Made by a program: the position numbers and the translations under genes. From Eledone cirrhosa (Eukaryota): DNA of 64,000 nt. The stretch spans positions 16,799 through 80,798 of the forward strand of contig CAXHJY010001470.1 of the NCBI GenBank assembly GCA_964016885.1, written 5' to 3'. Under the pieces are notes generated by a model. The model ran no database searches. It was not told the origin of the DNA and was given only the letters and a program-made list of their open reading frames with translations. Positions 1-15,746 of this stretch are shown in pieces (the first letter of the stretch is position 1; the number at the start of each line of letters is the position of its first letter).

Positions 1-123
1 CTAGAATTATATATACACATACTCAACCACCAGTGCACACTCCAACTAAACTCATGACAGCAAATGGACGCCATGTATATATATATATATATATATATAT
101 ATGGTTGGATAAATGTGTGTATA

Positions 124-162
<39 letters not shown>

Positions 163-166
<4 letters not shown>

Positions 167-344
167 CGAAGGAGTTGTGGTAGGCAACCAGATGGACCAT
201 AACGCACCAGAGTACTCAATACTTAGGGTAGTAGAGGGGGTAATAGTAAAAAGTGTAACCCCGACGGCAGAGCTCCAGCCGTTTCGACGGCTATTTCAGT
301 CCAGAAAAAACGGCTTGTGCTCTGCCCTCGGGGTTAAACTTTTT

Positions 345-347
<3 letters not shown>
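163..347 (-). mobile_element. Family B short PLE-like insertion (partial hammerhead plus 3' tail) with inverted partial copy, in (TA)n
   Basis: Minus strand reads GAAAC-GGC..GCC-GTC-GGGG then the tail GTATTGAGTACTCTGGTGCGTTATGGTCC. The same sequence recurs at about 9443, 9990, 21077, 35398 and 39563. Confidence 0.65.
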
Positions 348-388
<41 letters not shown>

Positions 389-679
389 TAGCAAACAGGG
401 CTATACATTCGCACAAATTATATTACCCACACATACACCCGAGCACACAAAAACACCCACAGACACATCGATTGACACGCACACGTATGCAATCATACTA
501 ACGTATTACACACACACACACACACACACACTCCCCTTCTCATGGTTTCATCTGATTAAATACATTTAACACATTTAGTTGAGTGATGGTTTGAGAATAT
601 GTCACGTCACATGACGCTGTGACGTAACACCCATCCAAACACTTCATATTTTCAGCCATATTTTACACAATTCTACTCT

Positions 680-709
680 CTCTCTTTCTCTGTCTCTCTG
701 TGTCTCTCT

Positions 710-751
<42 letters not shown>

Positions 752-930
752 CTCTCTCTGTCTCTCTGTCTCTCTCTCTGTCTCTCTCTCTCTGTCTCTC
801 TCTCTCTGTCTGTCTCTCTCTCTCTGTCTGTCTGTCTGTCTCTCTCTCTCTGTCTGTCTGTCTCTCTGCCTGTCTGTCTGTCTCTCTGTCTGTCTGTCTG
901 TCTCTGTCTGTCTCTGTCTGTCTGTCTGTC

Positions 931-961
<31 letters not shown>

Positions 962-1063
962 ATATATCTCTCTATATATCTCTCTCTATATATCTCTCTC
1001 TCTATATATATATATATATCTCTCTCTCTCTCTCTCTCGCTCTCTCTCTCGCTCTCGCTCTCG

Positions 1064-1103
<40 letters not shown>
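680..1103. repeat. (CT)n/(CTGT)n microsatellite
   Basis: Direct inspection. Confidence 0.95.
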
Positions 1104-1106
<3 letters not shown>

Positions 1107-1294
1107 AGTTTAGAATGTTACATGACAAATTTAAATGTCGTCAGAAACATTCTTATTCTGGTTGTTAAAATTGGCTGAGCAAGGGCGAATAATTCTGCAA
1201 CAACTGTTTTCCTTTCTCCATCTAGTCTTTTATTTAAATGTGTATTTAGATGTCTAATAATATTATTTTATGTTTACGTGAGGGTCGTGGAACA

Positions 1295-1487
1295 TCTGAA
1301 TCGGAAGAGCGACAGGCAACATGCTTAGCAGCAGCATAGAGTTACGACCTTTTACATTCTGAGTTCAAATCCCGCTGGGTTAGCTTTTCCTTACAGGGTC
1401 GATAAAATAAGGTACCAGTAACACATTGAGGTCGATTTAATCACCTTTTTCCTTCCTGTCATTGTGCCAAAAGTAGAAACCATTATT
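1295..1487 (+). mobile_element. tRNA-derived SINE family S1, degenerate copy
   Basis: B-box GAGTTCAAATCC, core GGGTCGATAAAATAAGGTACCAGTA and end TTGTGCCAAAAGTAGAAAC, shared with more than 10 other copies in the window. Confidence 0.75.
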
Positions 1488-1511
1488 TTACCTTTATGTG
1501 ACATTATGTAA

Positions 1512-1640
1512 AGGCGCCATTGCCTAGTGACTGGGATATCAGGCTTATGTTCGTAAAATCCTGAGTTCGATTGCCGGATTGGGCAAAGCCTCGTGTTCTT
1601 CAGCAAGGAAGTTTATTTCACATTTCCACAGTTCAGCTGG
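1512..1640 (+). mobile_element. tRNA-derived SINE family S2, degenerate copy
   Basis: A-box-like TGCCTAGTGA, B-box GAGTTCGATTG and core similar to 1773-2020. Confidence 0.55.
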
Positions 1641-1772
1641 TAAAAATAGGGTGACAAAGATGTTGTTGCTATAGTTTTAAGAAATTAGGAAATTGTTGCA
1701 GGAATGCCACCATGTAGCAGAAAGAATGGAAGAGTGGTACCATGTAGCAGAAAGAATGGTACCATGTGGAAG

Positions 1773-2020
1773 GCGCATGGCTTAGTGGTTAGACCATTGG
1801 GCTTGCAATGCAATCGAAAGGTTGTGAGCTCAATTCTCGGACCGGGTGATGTGTTGTTTCCTTGAGCAAGACACTTTATTTCACGTTGCTCCAGTTTACT
1901 CAGCTGTAAAAATGAGATGATAGGACTGGGGTCCCTATCATTAAGTTACCCAAGACGCCTCCAACAAGATATACCTTGGAGGAGGGCAGCTAAACCTGCA
2001 GGTGAGCTGTCACAACAACA
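1773..2020 (+). mobile_element. tRNA-derived SINE family S2 with a 12-bp direct flanking repeat
   Basis: A-box TGGCTTAGTGG, core CCTTGAGCAAGACACTTTATTTCACGTTGCTCCAG and (CAA)n end. ACCATGTGGAAG occurs at 1761-1772 and 2021-2032. A closely similar reverse copy lies at 26595-26825. Confidence 0.8.
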
Positions 2021-2656
2021 ACCATGTGGAAGAGTGGCACCATGTAGCAGAAAGAGTGGTACCGTGTATCAGAAAGAATGGCACCATGTAGCAGAAAGAA
2101 TGCTACCATGGTACCATGTAGCAGACGAGTGGTGCGGTGGTACCATGTAGCAGAAGCAGACCAACTGTAACAGACTTCGTGTCTGTACTAATAAAGCTTC
2201 ATGACGTTGTGGGTGGGGTGGGAGTGTTGACTACAATGACGTCACAGGGGGGGGGGGTAGAGGTAGAAGTGGCCATCAAATTTTACATAATTGAATGATA
2301 CAGGTGAGGGTGGGGTATTGGTTGATGACGTAATTCGAGTGATACGGGGTGGGGTGGACTGAAATTTAAAAAATCGCCATCATTACAATGTGGGGGGGGG
2401 GTCGAGGAATATCAGGAGTGGGGGGAGGGTTATTAGAAATCTATCGTTCTCTGTCTACATGCGTCAGTGTGTGTCTGTCTGTATGTCTGTATGTGTCTGT
2501 ATGTCTGTCTGTGTGTGTGTGTGTATGTATGTATGTGTGTGTATGTCTGTGTGTCAGTCTGTATGTCAGAATATCCGCGCGCTTGTGTGTGTGTGTGTCG
2601 GTATGTCTGTCTGTGTGTATGCTAGTGTCTGTGTGTGTGCTTGTGTCTATGTGTAT

Positions 2657-2886
2657 GCCACTGTCTCTGTTAGTGTGTGTGCCACTGTCAGTCAGTGTGT
2701 GTGCCACTGTCTCTGTTAGTGTGTGTGCCACTGTCAGTCAGTGTGTGTGCCACTCTCTGTTAGTGTGTGTGCCACTGTCAGTCAGTGTGTGTGCCACTGT
2801 CTCTGTTAGTGTGTGTGCCACTGTCAGTCAGTGTGTGTGCCACTGTCTCTGTTAGTGTGTGTGCCAGTGTCAGTCAGTGTGTGTGT
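2657..2886. repeat. GCCACTGTC(TCTGTTA/AGTCA)GTGTGTGT minisatellite
   Basis: Alternating tandem units visible. Confidence 0.9.
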
Positions 2887-2967
2887 GTAAAAGAGGGGCA
2901 GCTCCCAGTCGTGACTCATTGACCAAAAGACCAGTAAAATATTGCATGACGTTTACTAATTAACAGC

Positions 2968-3435
2968 GTGGTGGTGGTGATGGCGGTGGTGGTGCCTTCT
3001 GTTAGTGGTGGTGGTGTCTTCTGTTACTGGTGGTGGTGGTGGTGGTGTCTTCTGTTACTGGTGGTGGCGGTGTTTTCTGTTACTGGTGGTGGCGGTGTCT
3101 TCTGTTACTGGTGGTGGTGGTGGCGGTGTCTTCTGTTACTGGTGGTGGTGGTGGCGATGTCTTCTGTTACTGGTGGTGGTGGTGGTGCCGGTGTCTTCTG
3201 TTAGTGGTGGTGGTGGTGGCGGTGTCTTCTGTTACTGGTGGTGGTGGTGGTGGTGATGGTGTCTTCTGTTACTGGTGGTGGCGGTGTTTTCTGTTACTGG
3301 TGGTGGTGGTGGCGGTGTCTTCTGTTACTGGTGGTGGTGGTGGTGGTGGTGATGGTGTCTTCTGTTACTGGTGGTGGTGGTGTCTTTTACTGGAGGTGGT
3401 GGTGGTGGTGGTAGTAGTAGTGGTAGTGGTGGTGG
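2968..3435. repeat. (GGT)n-GTCTTCTGTTACT compound repeat
   Basis: Direct inspection. Confidence 0.9.
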
Positions 3436-3619
3436 CCTATTATACCAGCCACTGAACTCGTTATGTTATATATAATAATTGTTTCTACTTTTGGCACAAG
3501 GCCAGCAATTTCCAGTGTATTACTGGTACTTTATTTTATATATGTTATATATAATAATAATAATAATTCGCTCGAGGTGTTAATTTTTCATTAAGTTTAT
3601 TCAGGTGTGACGATACAAT

Positions 3620-3671
<52 letters not shown>

Positions 3672-3681
3672 TATGTGTGTG

Positions 3682-3713
<32 letters not shown>

Positions 3714-4507
3714 GTGTATGTGTGTGTATATATTTGTATATATATATATATATATAGTGTGTGTGTACATATATATTTATATATACAGAAAACTATGAGA
3801 TTATATCAACCAAATTTATATTCTAAAAGATGTGTGTACTTATTACACACACGCACGCACGCGCACGCACGCACGCACGCGCACGCACACACACACACAC
3901 ATATATTAACTCTGTGTGTGTGTACTTGTGTGTACATATATGCACACATAGTTACATAACACATTTCCAAATTCTGTTTGTTTACACTAAGTCGATAAGA
4001 ATTCTCTAGAACATTCCAAACGGCACCAGTTCTAAACCTAAACTTTACCATATCCTTACACACTAATTATTGGTAAGTCTGCAAGGAATGTAGAAAGCTT
4101 AAGGACTTCAGGGACATTAGCTGATTTTTTTTATTAATTTTTTTTTTTTTTAATTACATTTCATACGTAAAATATTATGGAAGACGGAGACAAATTATTT
4201 CAATGTAAAAATAGATTTTTTAGCCTTGATCTAAATTCCATAAAAATTAATTAGTTTTATTATTAATTAGTTATTTTATATTACTAGTTTTTTTTTACAC
4301 TTAAGTAAATTGGACATTTTTTTTTGTTTGTTTGTGTTTTTAAAAATGTTGAATTATTGATAAATATTGGTTATATAATTAGTCCATGGGAATTGATATT
4401 TATATATATATATATATACATAGGCACGCACACACATACACACCCATACATATATATATATACATACATAGGCACGCGCACACATATACACACAGATATA
4501 TATAGAT

Positions 4508-4570
<63 letters not shown>

Positions 4571-4628
4571 TTTTAATATAGAAGAGCTTCTACAGGACTT
4601 ATATATATTTAATATATATATAGAGAGA

Positions 4629-4681
4629 GAGCTTCCTGATGATTTCTCTCGAATGAAACAGTTCTAGTCCTGTAGAAGTTT
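4629..4681 (+). ncRNA. Type I hammerhead ribozyme, family A
   Basis: Stem I GAGCTTC/GAAGTTT, CTGATGA at 4636-4642, stem II TTC-TCTC-GAA, GAA, stem III ACAG/CTGT, GUA triplet at 4672-4674. The family tail continues to about 4762. Confidence 0.75.
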
Positions 4682-4960
4682 TTCTATATTAAATATTTAT
4701 ACTCTCCTTTGTATTGAGTACCTTACTTACTGTGGTTACCCCAGATTGAACCCGGGATAAACTTATATATATATATGAAAAGATTCAGCACTCGATGTTT
4801 AGGTTCACTTCAGTATCGAGATGTTGAGCGGATTACAGAGTCAGGCTAGACTGATACAGATCGAACCTTGAGCTGATCAGTGGCGAAACGCGCGACACCA
4901 ACCAATAAACGTAATGCCGGAGTAACCAATCGTACTTGTTATCTTATTTCACTATATATA

Positions 4961-5110
4961 TTTATTAAAATAACAGATTAAAGTTTAAGCAAATAATCGC
5001 TGCTTTCACCCTTAATGGGATCTTCTGAAATATTTGCTCTACGGTTCTTATATATTTGATATATATTTATCCTTATCGAACCCTCTTTGGATTTTAGTCT
5101 TCAAATTTAT

Positions 5111-5115
<5 letters not shown>
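4961..5115 (-). mobile_element. Family C PLE-like fragment: minus-strand hammerhead-like fold (4984-5030) joined to a plus-strand tail
   Basis: Reverse complement reads TTT-CAGAAGA-TCCCATTAAGGGT-GAAAGCA..TGCTT-AAA. Matches 17318-17480 and 25481-25648. Confidence 0.6.
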
Positions 5116-5148
<33 letters not shown>

Positions 5149-5534
5149 GTTCATACATATATATATATAAGGGGACAACGAAAGTAACGGTAAGACGGAC
5201 AGTCAACCTTTGTCCTGTGACTCCCACTGTTCTAAATATATAATAGACAGTCGTACTAAGACATCGTTTAATCATAATAGAGAGGTGTATATGAAAATGT
5301 ATATAAACATATATCATACGTTGATATACAATAAACATATGATATCCCAGCTGTTGAGGAAAAATATTTTACTGTAAAAAAACGAAACGAAAAAAAATTT
5401 GTATTTATCTCTATAACTATGTCAGTATCTTATGAGAATGTCGGACAGCGCTGGTTCAAGATTTGTTAATCTTTTACCAGTGGCACTCACTCGAAACGTA
5501 CTGGCATGAAATAGACTATATAGAATGTTATGTC

Positions 5535-6579
5535 CATCTAACCATCCTTCTACAATCTAGCCATCCTTCTACCATCTAGCCATCCTTCTACCGTCTAGCA
5601 ATCCTTCCATCTACCATCTAATCTTCGGTCTAGCCATCCGTCGTCCAGCTAGCCACCCGTCCATCCCTCCCTCCATGTAGACATCTAGCCATCCGACCAT
5701 CCAGCCATCAGACCATCTAGCCATCCGTCTGTCTACCATCTAGCCATCCATCAGTCTACCATCTAGCCCTCCACCCGTTTACCATCTAGCCATCCGTCTA
5801 CCATCTAGCCATACATCCGTCTACCATCTAGCCATACATCCGTCTACCATCTAGCCATCCACCCGTCTACCATCTAGCCGTCTACCATCTAGCCATCCAT
5901 CCGTCTACCATCTGGCCATCTACCATCTAGCCATCCACCCGTCTACCATCTAGCCATCTACCATCTAGCCATCCGTCTACCATCTAGCCGTCTACCATCT
6001 AGCCATCCGTCTACCATCTAGCCATCCGCCTACCATCTAGCCGTCTACCATCTAGCCATCCACCCGTCTACCATCTAGCCGTCTACCATCTAGCCATCCG
6101 TCTACCATCTAGCCGTCTACCATCTAGCCATCCACCCGTCTACCATCTAGCCATCCATCCGTCTACCATCCACCCGTCTACCATCTAGCCGTCTGCCATC
6201 CACCCGTCTACCATCCATCCGTCTACCATCTAGCCACCCGTTTACCATACATCCGTCTACCATCTAGCCACCCGTCTACCATCCACCCGTCTACCATCTA
6301 GCCACCCGTCTACCATCCACCCGTCTACCATCCATCCGTCTACCATCTAGCCACCCGTCTACCATCCATCCGTCTACCATCCATCCGTCTACCATCCATC
6401 CGTCTACCATCTAGCCACCCGTCTACCATCCATCCGTCTACCATCCATCCGTCTACCATCTAGCCACCCGTCTACCATCCATCCGTCTACCATCTAGCCA
6501 CCCGTCTACCATCCATCCGTCTACCATCTAGCCACCCGTCTACCATCCATCCGTCTACCATCTAACCATCCATCCGTCT
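5535..6579. repeat. CCGTCTA/CCATCTAG/CCAT modular satellite
   Basis: About 1 kb built from shuffled 4-8 bp modules. Confidence 0.95.
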
Positions 6580-6918
6580 GAGCACAAGAGTGTTCAATGC
6601 CAGACAAGGATGGTATGAGTCACCATTTAAAAGGTTCTAACGCTATTGTCTTGAGAGACAGAGATAAGCAGACGACCCCCCCCCCGACCCTCCTCCTCCA
6701 ACCAGGCTGTCTTCTATTCTGGCAATCTTCCCCCTCCACCTTCCACACGTCTAGCAAACCTCTCCTCTTCCCTCTACTCTTATGCAACTTCCTATCTTTC
6801 CACATTCTCCTACTGTTGCCTGCTTTCTCCTCTTCCTCTTCCCACTGTTACCATTTTTTTTTTCGCCTAAGCAAGAATGTCTGCATGTTTGTCTATATAC
6901 ATCTAATTATGTTTATAC

Positions 6919-6920
<2 letters not shown>

Positions 6921-6960
<40 letters not shown>

Positions 6961-6996
6961 ATAAATGTATATATATATATATATATATATGGATAA

Positions 6997-7030
<34 letters not shown>

Positions 7031-7034
7031 ATAA

Positions 7035-7072
<38 letters not shown>

Positions 7073-7076
7073 ATAA

Positions 7077-7118
<42 letters not shown>

Positions 7119-7122
7119 ATAA

Positions 7123-7158
<36 letters not shown>

Positions 7159-7162
7159 ATAA

Positions 7163-7214
<52 letters not shown>

Positions 7215-7340
7215 ATAAATGTATATATATATATATATATATATATGGATAAATGTATATATATATATATATATGGATAAATGTGTATATATATATATAT
7301 ATATGGATAAATGTATATATATATATATATATATGGATAA

Positions 7341-7376
<36 letters not shown>

Positions 7377-7714
7377 ATAAATGTATATATATATATATAT
7401 ATGGATAAATGTATATATATATATATATATGGATAAATGTATATATATATATATATATGGATAAATGTATATATATATATATATGGATAAATGTGTGTAT
7501 ATATATATATATATATATGGATAAATGTGTGTATATATATATATATATATATGGATAAATGTGTGTATATATATATATATATATATGGATAAATGTGTAT
7601 ATATATATATATATATATGGATAAATGTGTGTATATATATATATATATATGGATAAATGTATATATATATATATATGGATAAATGTGTATATATATATAT
7701 ATATATATGGATAA

Positions 7715-7754
<40 letters not shown>

Positions 7755-7916
7755 ATAAATGTATGTATGTATATATATATATATATATATATATGGATAA
7801 ATGTGTATATATATATATATATATCTATATATATATATATATATATATATATGGATAAATGTGTATATATATATATATATATCTATATATATATATATAT
7901 ATATATATATGGATAA

Positions 7917-7970
<54 letters not shown>

Positions 7971-8036
7971 ATAAATGTGTGTATATATATATATATATAT
8001 ATCTATATATATATATATATATATATATATGGATAA

Positions 8037-8082
<46 letters not shown>

Positions 8083-8156
8083 ATAAATGTGTATATATAT
8101 ATATATATATATATGGATAAATGTGTATATATATATATATATATATATATGGATAA

Positions 8157-8188
<32 letters not shown>

Positions 8189-8190
8189 GG

Positions 8191-8222
<32 letters not shown>

Positions 8223-8228
8223 GGATAA

Positions 8229-8304
<76 letters not shown>

Positions 8305-8338
8305 GGATAAATATATATATATATATATATATATATGG

Positions 8339-8382
<44 letters not shown>

Positions 8383-8414
8383 ATAAATATATATATATAT
8401 ATATATATATATGG

Positions 8415-8456
<42 letters not shown>

Positions 8457-8482
8457 ATAAATATATATATATATATATATGG

Positions 8483-8534
<52 letters not shown>

Positions 8535-8900
8535 ATAAATGTGTATGGATAAATGTATATATATATATATATATGGATAAATGTATATATATATATATAT
8601 ATATATATGGATATATATATGGATAAATGTATATATATATATATATATATATGGATATATATATGGATAAATGTATATATATATATATATGGATATATAT
8701 ATGGATAAATGTATATATATATATATATGGATATATATATGGATAAATGTATATATATATATATGGATATATATATGGATAAATGTATATATATATATAT
8801 ATATATGGATATATGGATAAATGTATATATATATATATATATATATATGGATAAATGTATATATATATATATATATGGATAAATGTGTATATATAAATAT
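6921..8900. repeat. (TA)n-GGATAAATG compound satellite
   Basis: GGATAAAT(G) recurs between variable (TA)n tracts for about 2 kb. Confidence 0.95.
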
Positions 8901-9442
8901 ATATATATAGATGAATAAATGTATATATTTATATATATACACTTGTAATTATGTATATGCTAATCTAAGAATCTGAAGAGCTGTAGTAGATTTCCCATGT
9001 TGGCACCTGATGGTCTTTTGTGGTGTACTCGTGTGTCCCTCAGTGCCTCTTCAACATATCACTCAGCGAACTGATGACACGCAATATATGCTCATTCAAG
9101 CTGAGCACCTAGCCTCTCTCAGTTCAAAGACCATCCTACATGAGAGGCTTCTGATATAGCTATCATAGGATAGTCTAACAGAACATGTCCGGTCGAGAAG
9201 AGTAAACCTCGATACAGATCCGGCTCTAGATCATGCAATGATCATCAGTTTAATTAGATGAGCTCGGTATCATGTACACCAGTGGCTTCGCAGATGATCA
9301 ACTATTAATTCTACAATGGGTTGACACAACTGCTATCCGAGTATGCATGTTTGGTGAGCCGCATATATTCTAGCCATTAGAAAAAGCAAAATGAAAGCTT
9401 GCTTCACATTCGAAATGTATACGTAAGTGTATATATATATAT

Positions 9443-10089
9443 ATAGGAAAATGTTTAACCCCGACGGCAGAGCTCAAGCCGTTTCGACGGCTATTTCTGG
9501 ACTAAATTAGAATTTTTAGCGTGGTAATAAATAGCAGAACTTTTCAAGGGGTAATTCCTTATATGGGTATATGGGAAGATTGTAGTTGTCAAAAGGATTG
9601 GTCAAAATTCCTTGTAAACACAATTCAATCTTTCATGGTGATGGGTGGGAGGTGAGGTGGCTGAACTTGCGTGTAGAACAATGAGGGAGTGGGTGGAGCC
9701 GATCAAGCGTTCAAAGTGAATTCTATACAGCAAATTATAAGGAGTATGTATGAAATTAGGCTAGGTAGAAAGCAGGCGAAAAAGAATTCTGGGGGAATCT
9801 GAGAGTGGGACGTTATAAAATTAAAAGGTTAATAAATTGAGATTAAAAGATAATAAATAAAAATAATAAAAATCTCTAGGGTCTGAAGCAGCTGCTATAT
9901 TTTTAGCTGGTATTGCGTTTTCGGTCAATGCTATATACAATTTATTGGGGTGGGGGTACTGAGGCTACAAAAGCCCGATGAACTGCCGCAGGGTTAAACA
10001 TTTTCCTATTACCCACACTATTACCCTAAGTATTGAGTACTCTGGTGCGTTATGGTCCATATGGTTCCTTACCACACTCCCTCCGTTAT
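9443..10089. mobile_element. Family B PLE-like insertion, longest copy, with inverted ends
   Basis: ATAGGAAAATGTTTAACCC at 9443 is inverted to GGGTTAAACATTTTCCTAT at about 9991. The tail ends CCGTTATATA, and (TA)n flanks both sides. Confidence 0.65.
9458..9552 (-). ncRNA. Type I hammerhead-like ribozyme, family B, UUGAAAA core variant
   Basis: Minus strand: ACCCC-TTGAAAA-G..GCTATTT/AAATAGC..C-GAA-ACGGC/GCCGT-C-GGGGT, GUC triplet. Confidence 0.6.
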
Positions 10090-10093
10090 ATAT

Positions 10094-10147
<54 letters not shown>

Positions 10148-10415
10148 TCAACTCGTCCATTTAAGGTCGATAAATGAAGTACTAGGAGTCGATTCTTCCT
10201 TTATATCACATTCTGGCTCCCATTAACTCTGTATTCTTCTCTGGAAGAAATCTGGTGTATTCAGACCTGGTGTGTGTGTATGTTGCTTAATAGCTGGATA
10301 GAAAGATGGGGGACAGTTTTCCATCCATCGAAACCAGCAATCACTGTCTTTCTCTCCCGTCGTCCATTTTCATAAGTCATCCTTTCGCATCATTTATTTC
10401 ACGTGTGTATGTAGG

Positions 10416-10460
<45 letters not shown>

Positions 10461-10585
10461 GTATGTGTGTACGTACATATGGATATGTTCATGTATATAC
10501 ACATATATAGAGAGACACATAAATATGTAAGTAACATATAGATGTATATATGCATGTGTGTATGTGTATATACATATATATACAT

Positions 10586-10625
<40 letters not shown>

Positions 10626-10836
10626 ACCATTCATACACACCATTCTTTTTCATTATTCCATCTGATTCCTCCTTCAGTTTCCCTGTGAGACTGGGTATCA
10701 ATCAAAGGAGACGTGTTTGCTATTCCCATTTGGCTATCGTCTACCAGACAAAAATACCAGCCGATAATATGAACAACCGGTGAAGAAATGAAGAGACATT
10801 AGATAACGTACGAATTGGTGGAAAAAGAAAGCTGGG

Positions 10837-12804
<1,968 letters not shown>

Positions 12805-12972
12805 TGTTAACGCTGGTATGTAAACAGTTAATTGAAGAAGTTGTAACATTGGAGTAGCAGTAAGTAGGAGAGTTACATGTCGTTCCTTTTAACTCCGTGT
12901 GCAACCTTTCTACTTACAGCTACTCTAACGCTATACGCTCCTTCAATTAACTGTTTACTTATTAGCGCAACA
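12805..12972. mobile_element. MITE-like element with about 35-bp imperfect terminal inverted repeats
   Basis: TGTTAACGCTGGTATGTAAACAGTTAATTGAAGAAG ... CTCCTTCAATTAACTGTTTACTTATTAGCGCAACA. Confidence 0.55.
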
Positions 12973-12991
12973 TCTCCCTCTATATCTTTCT

Positions 12992-13025
<34 letters not shown>

Positions 13026-13757
13026 CCCTCTCCACCCCCCTCATCTCTCCGCTCCTTTTTGACAAATCTCTATCTGTGTTTCCCCTATATTCCGCCTTAC
13101 CATTTCCAAAGATTGTCTGCACCCTATCCTCTGCAGTTTCCCAGACATACGATGTTTTATACCCATTTCTATGCAGTCTTTCTCTTCTGTCTTATTCGAA
13201 AGACACTCCGTTGTTTCCCTCTGTCTCTCTCTCATTTATTTACATGTGACTCATTGGAGGTGTGAAAACACTTTAGTATTGTTCATTCAGTGCCTTACAT
13301 TTCTCTTGGGGAGGTCTGCGGTCAGTGAGCTTCTGCGAGTTCTTTGTGGCTCATATTTGTTTGTTTTTTTTTGGTTTTTTTTTTGGGGGGGGGGGGGGGT
13401 TGCGCGGGGGGGGGGGGGTCATTTTCTTTCGTCTCCTCTGTGAAAATAAGGCTGAACTGATCCCTGTGTGGCTTAACAAGCAAGTAGGCACGAAAGAATT
13501 CATGCAGGGTCTTCTTAATTAGTTTATTTGAAAGAGAACCATTAGCTGAACTACATGACTGAGCATAAGTTGTAGTTCGTTAATTTCCAGTTGTGATGAG
13601 TTCGGATCTCATTTACTTCAGCATTTGTATCTGTATTGTCTTCCATATCTCAATTATGATAATCACTCAATTAAAAATAAAACGAAATGCAATTACTATC
13701 TCCTAAAATGAAATATATTTAAAATATAATACTCTAAGAATATAATACCTTACCTTA

Positions 13758-13810
<53 letters not shown>

Positions 13811-13869
13811 ATAATAATGATAATAATAATAATAAATGTGAAGACTAAATTCGAAGAGGGCTCGATAAG

Positions 13870-14026
13870 CATAATATATATATATATAAATATATATATA
13901 TGTATATATATATATGTATACATATATATATGTATGTATGTGTATGTATGTCTATGTATGTATATATATATATGTGTATATATATATATATGTATGTGTA
14001 TATATATATATGTATGTGTATATATG

Positions 14027-14057
<31 letters not shown>

Positions 14058-14658
14058 GTGTATATATATGTGTATATATATGTGTATGTGTATATGTATG
14101 TGTGTATATGTATGTGTGTATGTGTATATGTATATATATATATATGTATGTGTATATATATATATATGTGTATATATATATGTGTGTATATATATATATG
14201 TATGTGTGTATATATATATGTATGTGTGTGTATATATATATATGTGTATATATATATATATGTATGTGTGTATATATATGTATGTGTGTATATATATGTA
14301 TGTGTATATATATGTATGTGTATATATATGTATGTGTGTATATATATGTATATGTGTATATATATATATATGTGTATATATATATATGTGTATATATATA
14401 TATGTGTATATATATATATATGTGTATATATATATATGTGTATATATATATATATGTGTATATATATATATGTGTGTATATATATATATGTGTGTATATA
14501 TATATATATGTGTATATATATATATATGTGTATATATATATATATGTGTATATATATATATATGTGTATATATATATATATGTGTATATATATATATATA
14601 TGTGTATATATATATATGTGTATATATATATGTGTATATATATATATATGTGTATATA

Positions 14659-14720
<62 letters not shown>
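13870..14720. repeat. (TA)n/(TG)n microsatellite
   Basis: Direct inspection. Confidence 0.97.
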
Positions 14721-14723
<3 letters not shown>

Positions 14724-14796
14724 GATAACAAATTATCGTTATAAGTACTAAATAAAACCCTTTTTGTACTGTTGACCCTGTAATTCTTCACTCTTG

Positions 14797-14847
<51 letters not shown>

Positions 14848-15746
14848 CTTTCTTTATATCCTTCTTCCAGTCATTTCTTTGCACTAACACACTTCTCCCT
14901 GTCTTTCCTCCCTCTTTCAATCTTTTCTATATTTCATCTACCTGTCACCTCCCTTGGAGTTTGCCTTTCTGCTGACCACTAGCCACGGGTCTCTGTCCTC
15001 TGAGGCAATTTTGGCCTAGCGATGAGTTTTCTCATTTGTATAAGTATTCAAATACTCTTGCTTCGTCTCGATCAGAGACAACATTGTCTTTTCATATATA
15101 CATATAAACACGGACTTAGATACGCTCACAGATATATGCGTGTGTTTCTGAAAATACCCCCAGGACACGAGGAAGTAGGGTGATGTAATGAAATAGGAAA
15201 AATGTTACGAAAATTGTGAAGATAATATTTCAGCGTCTGGCCATCTTCAATGATCTTTACGTGTTATTAGCAGATGTCACCTCAAATTGTCTGCTTACCA
15301 TCATTACTGTAAAGGCCGCATGGAAAATGCCGTCAAAATATCATTTAGACGCACACCTACTAATAACTATATATATATATATATATACATATAAATACAT
15401 ACATATATATACACACACACACATATATATACATATAGATATATATACACACGTATATATATATGTATATACCTATACACACACACACCACACACCACAC
15501 CACACACCACACACCACACCACACACACACACCATACCACACCACACCACACCACACACACAGATTTTTTTTAATCCTCATCTTTAGCAAAATGTGTACC
15601 TAAATTAGAACTGATCATTAAGCACAGCCTCACCAACACCACCACCACAATAACAACAACAATAATAATGGCATAACAAGCAGCGATATTTGTTATTGAA
15701 TTTTGAAATATATGAATATCTAGAGTTTTGGTGGTGATAATAATAA

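Noticed and set aside
1773-1850. tRNA-like sequences at SINE heads
   Set aside because: No complete cloverleaf; they continue into SINE bodies.
4800-4905. GAAACGCGCGAC and similar partial hammerhead-like motifs (also about 22660, 24060 and 33640)
   Set aside because: The 5' core or stem I could not be built convincingly, so they were not counted.
6957-8880. CRISPR-like repeat-spacer look of GGATAAATG (also 37318-38830)
   Set aside because: The spacers are simple repeats rather than unique sequence, the context is eukaryotic and no cas genes are present.
8960-9420. Possible decayed LINE coding sequence on the minus strand
   Set aside because: Only a vague KxTG..ELI resemblance amid stops; not enough to call.
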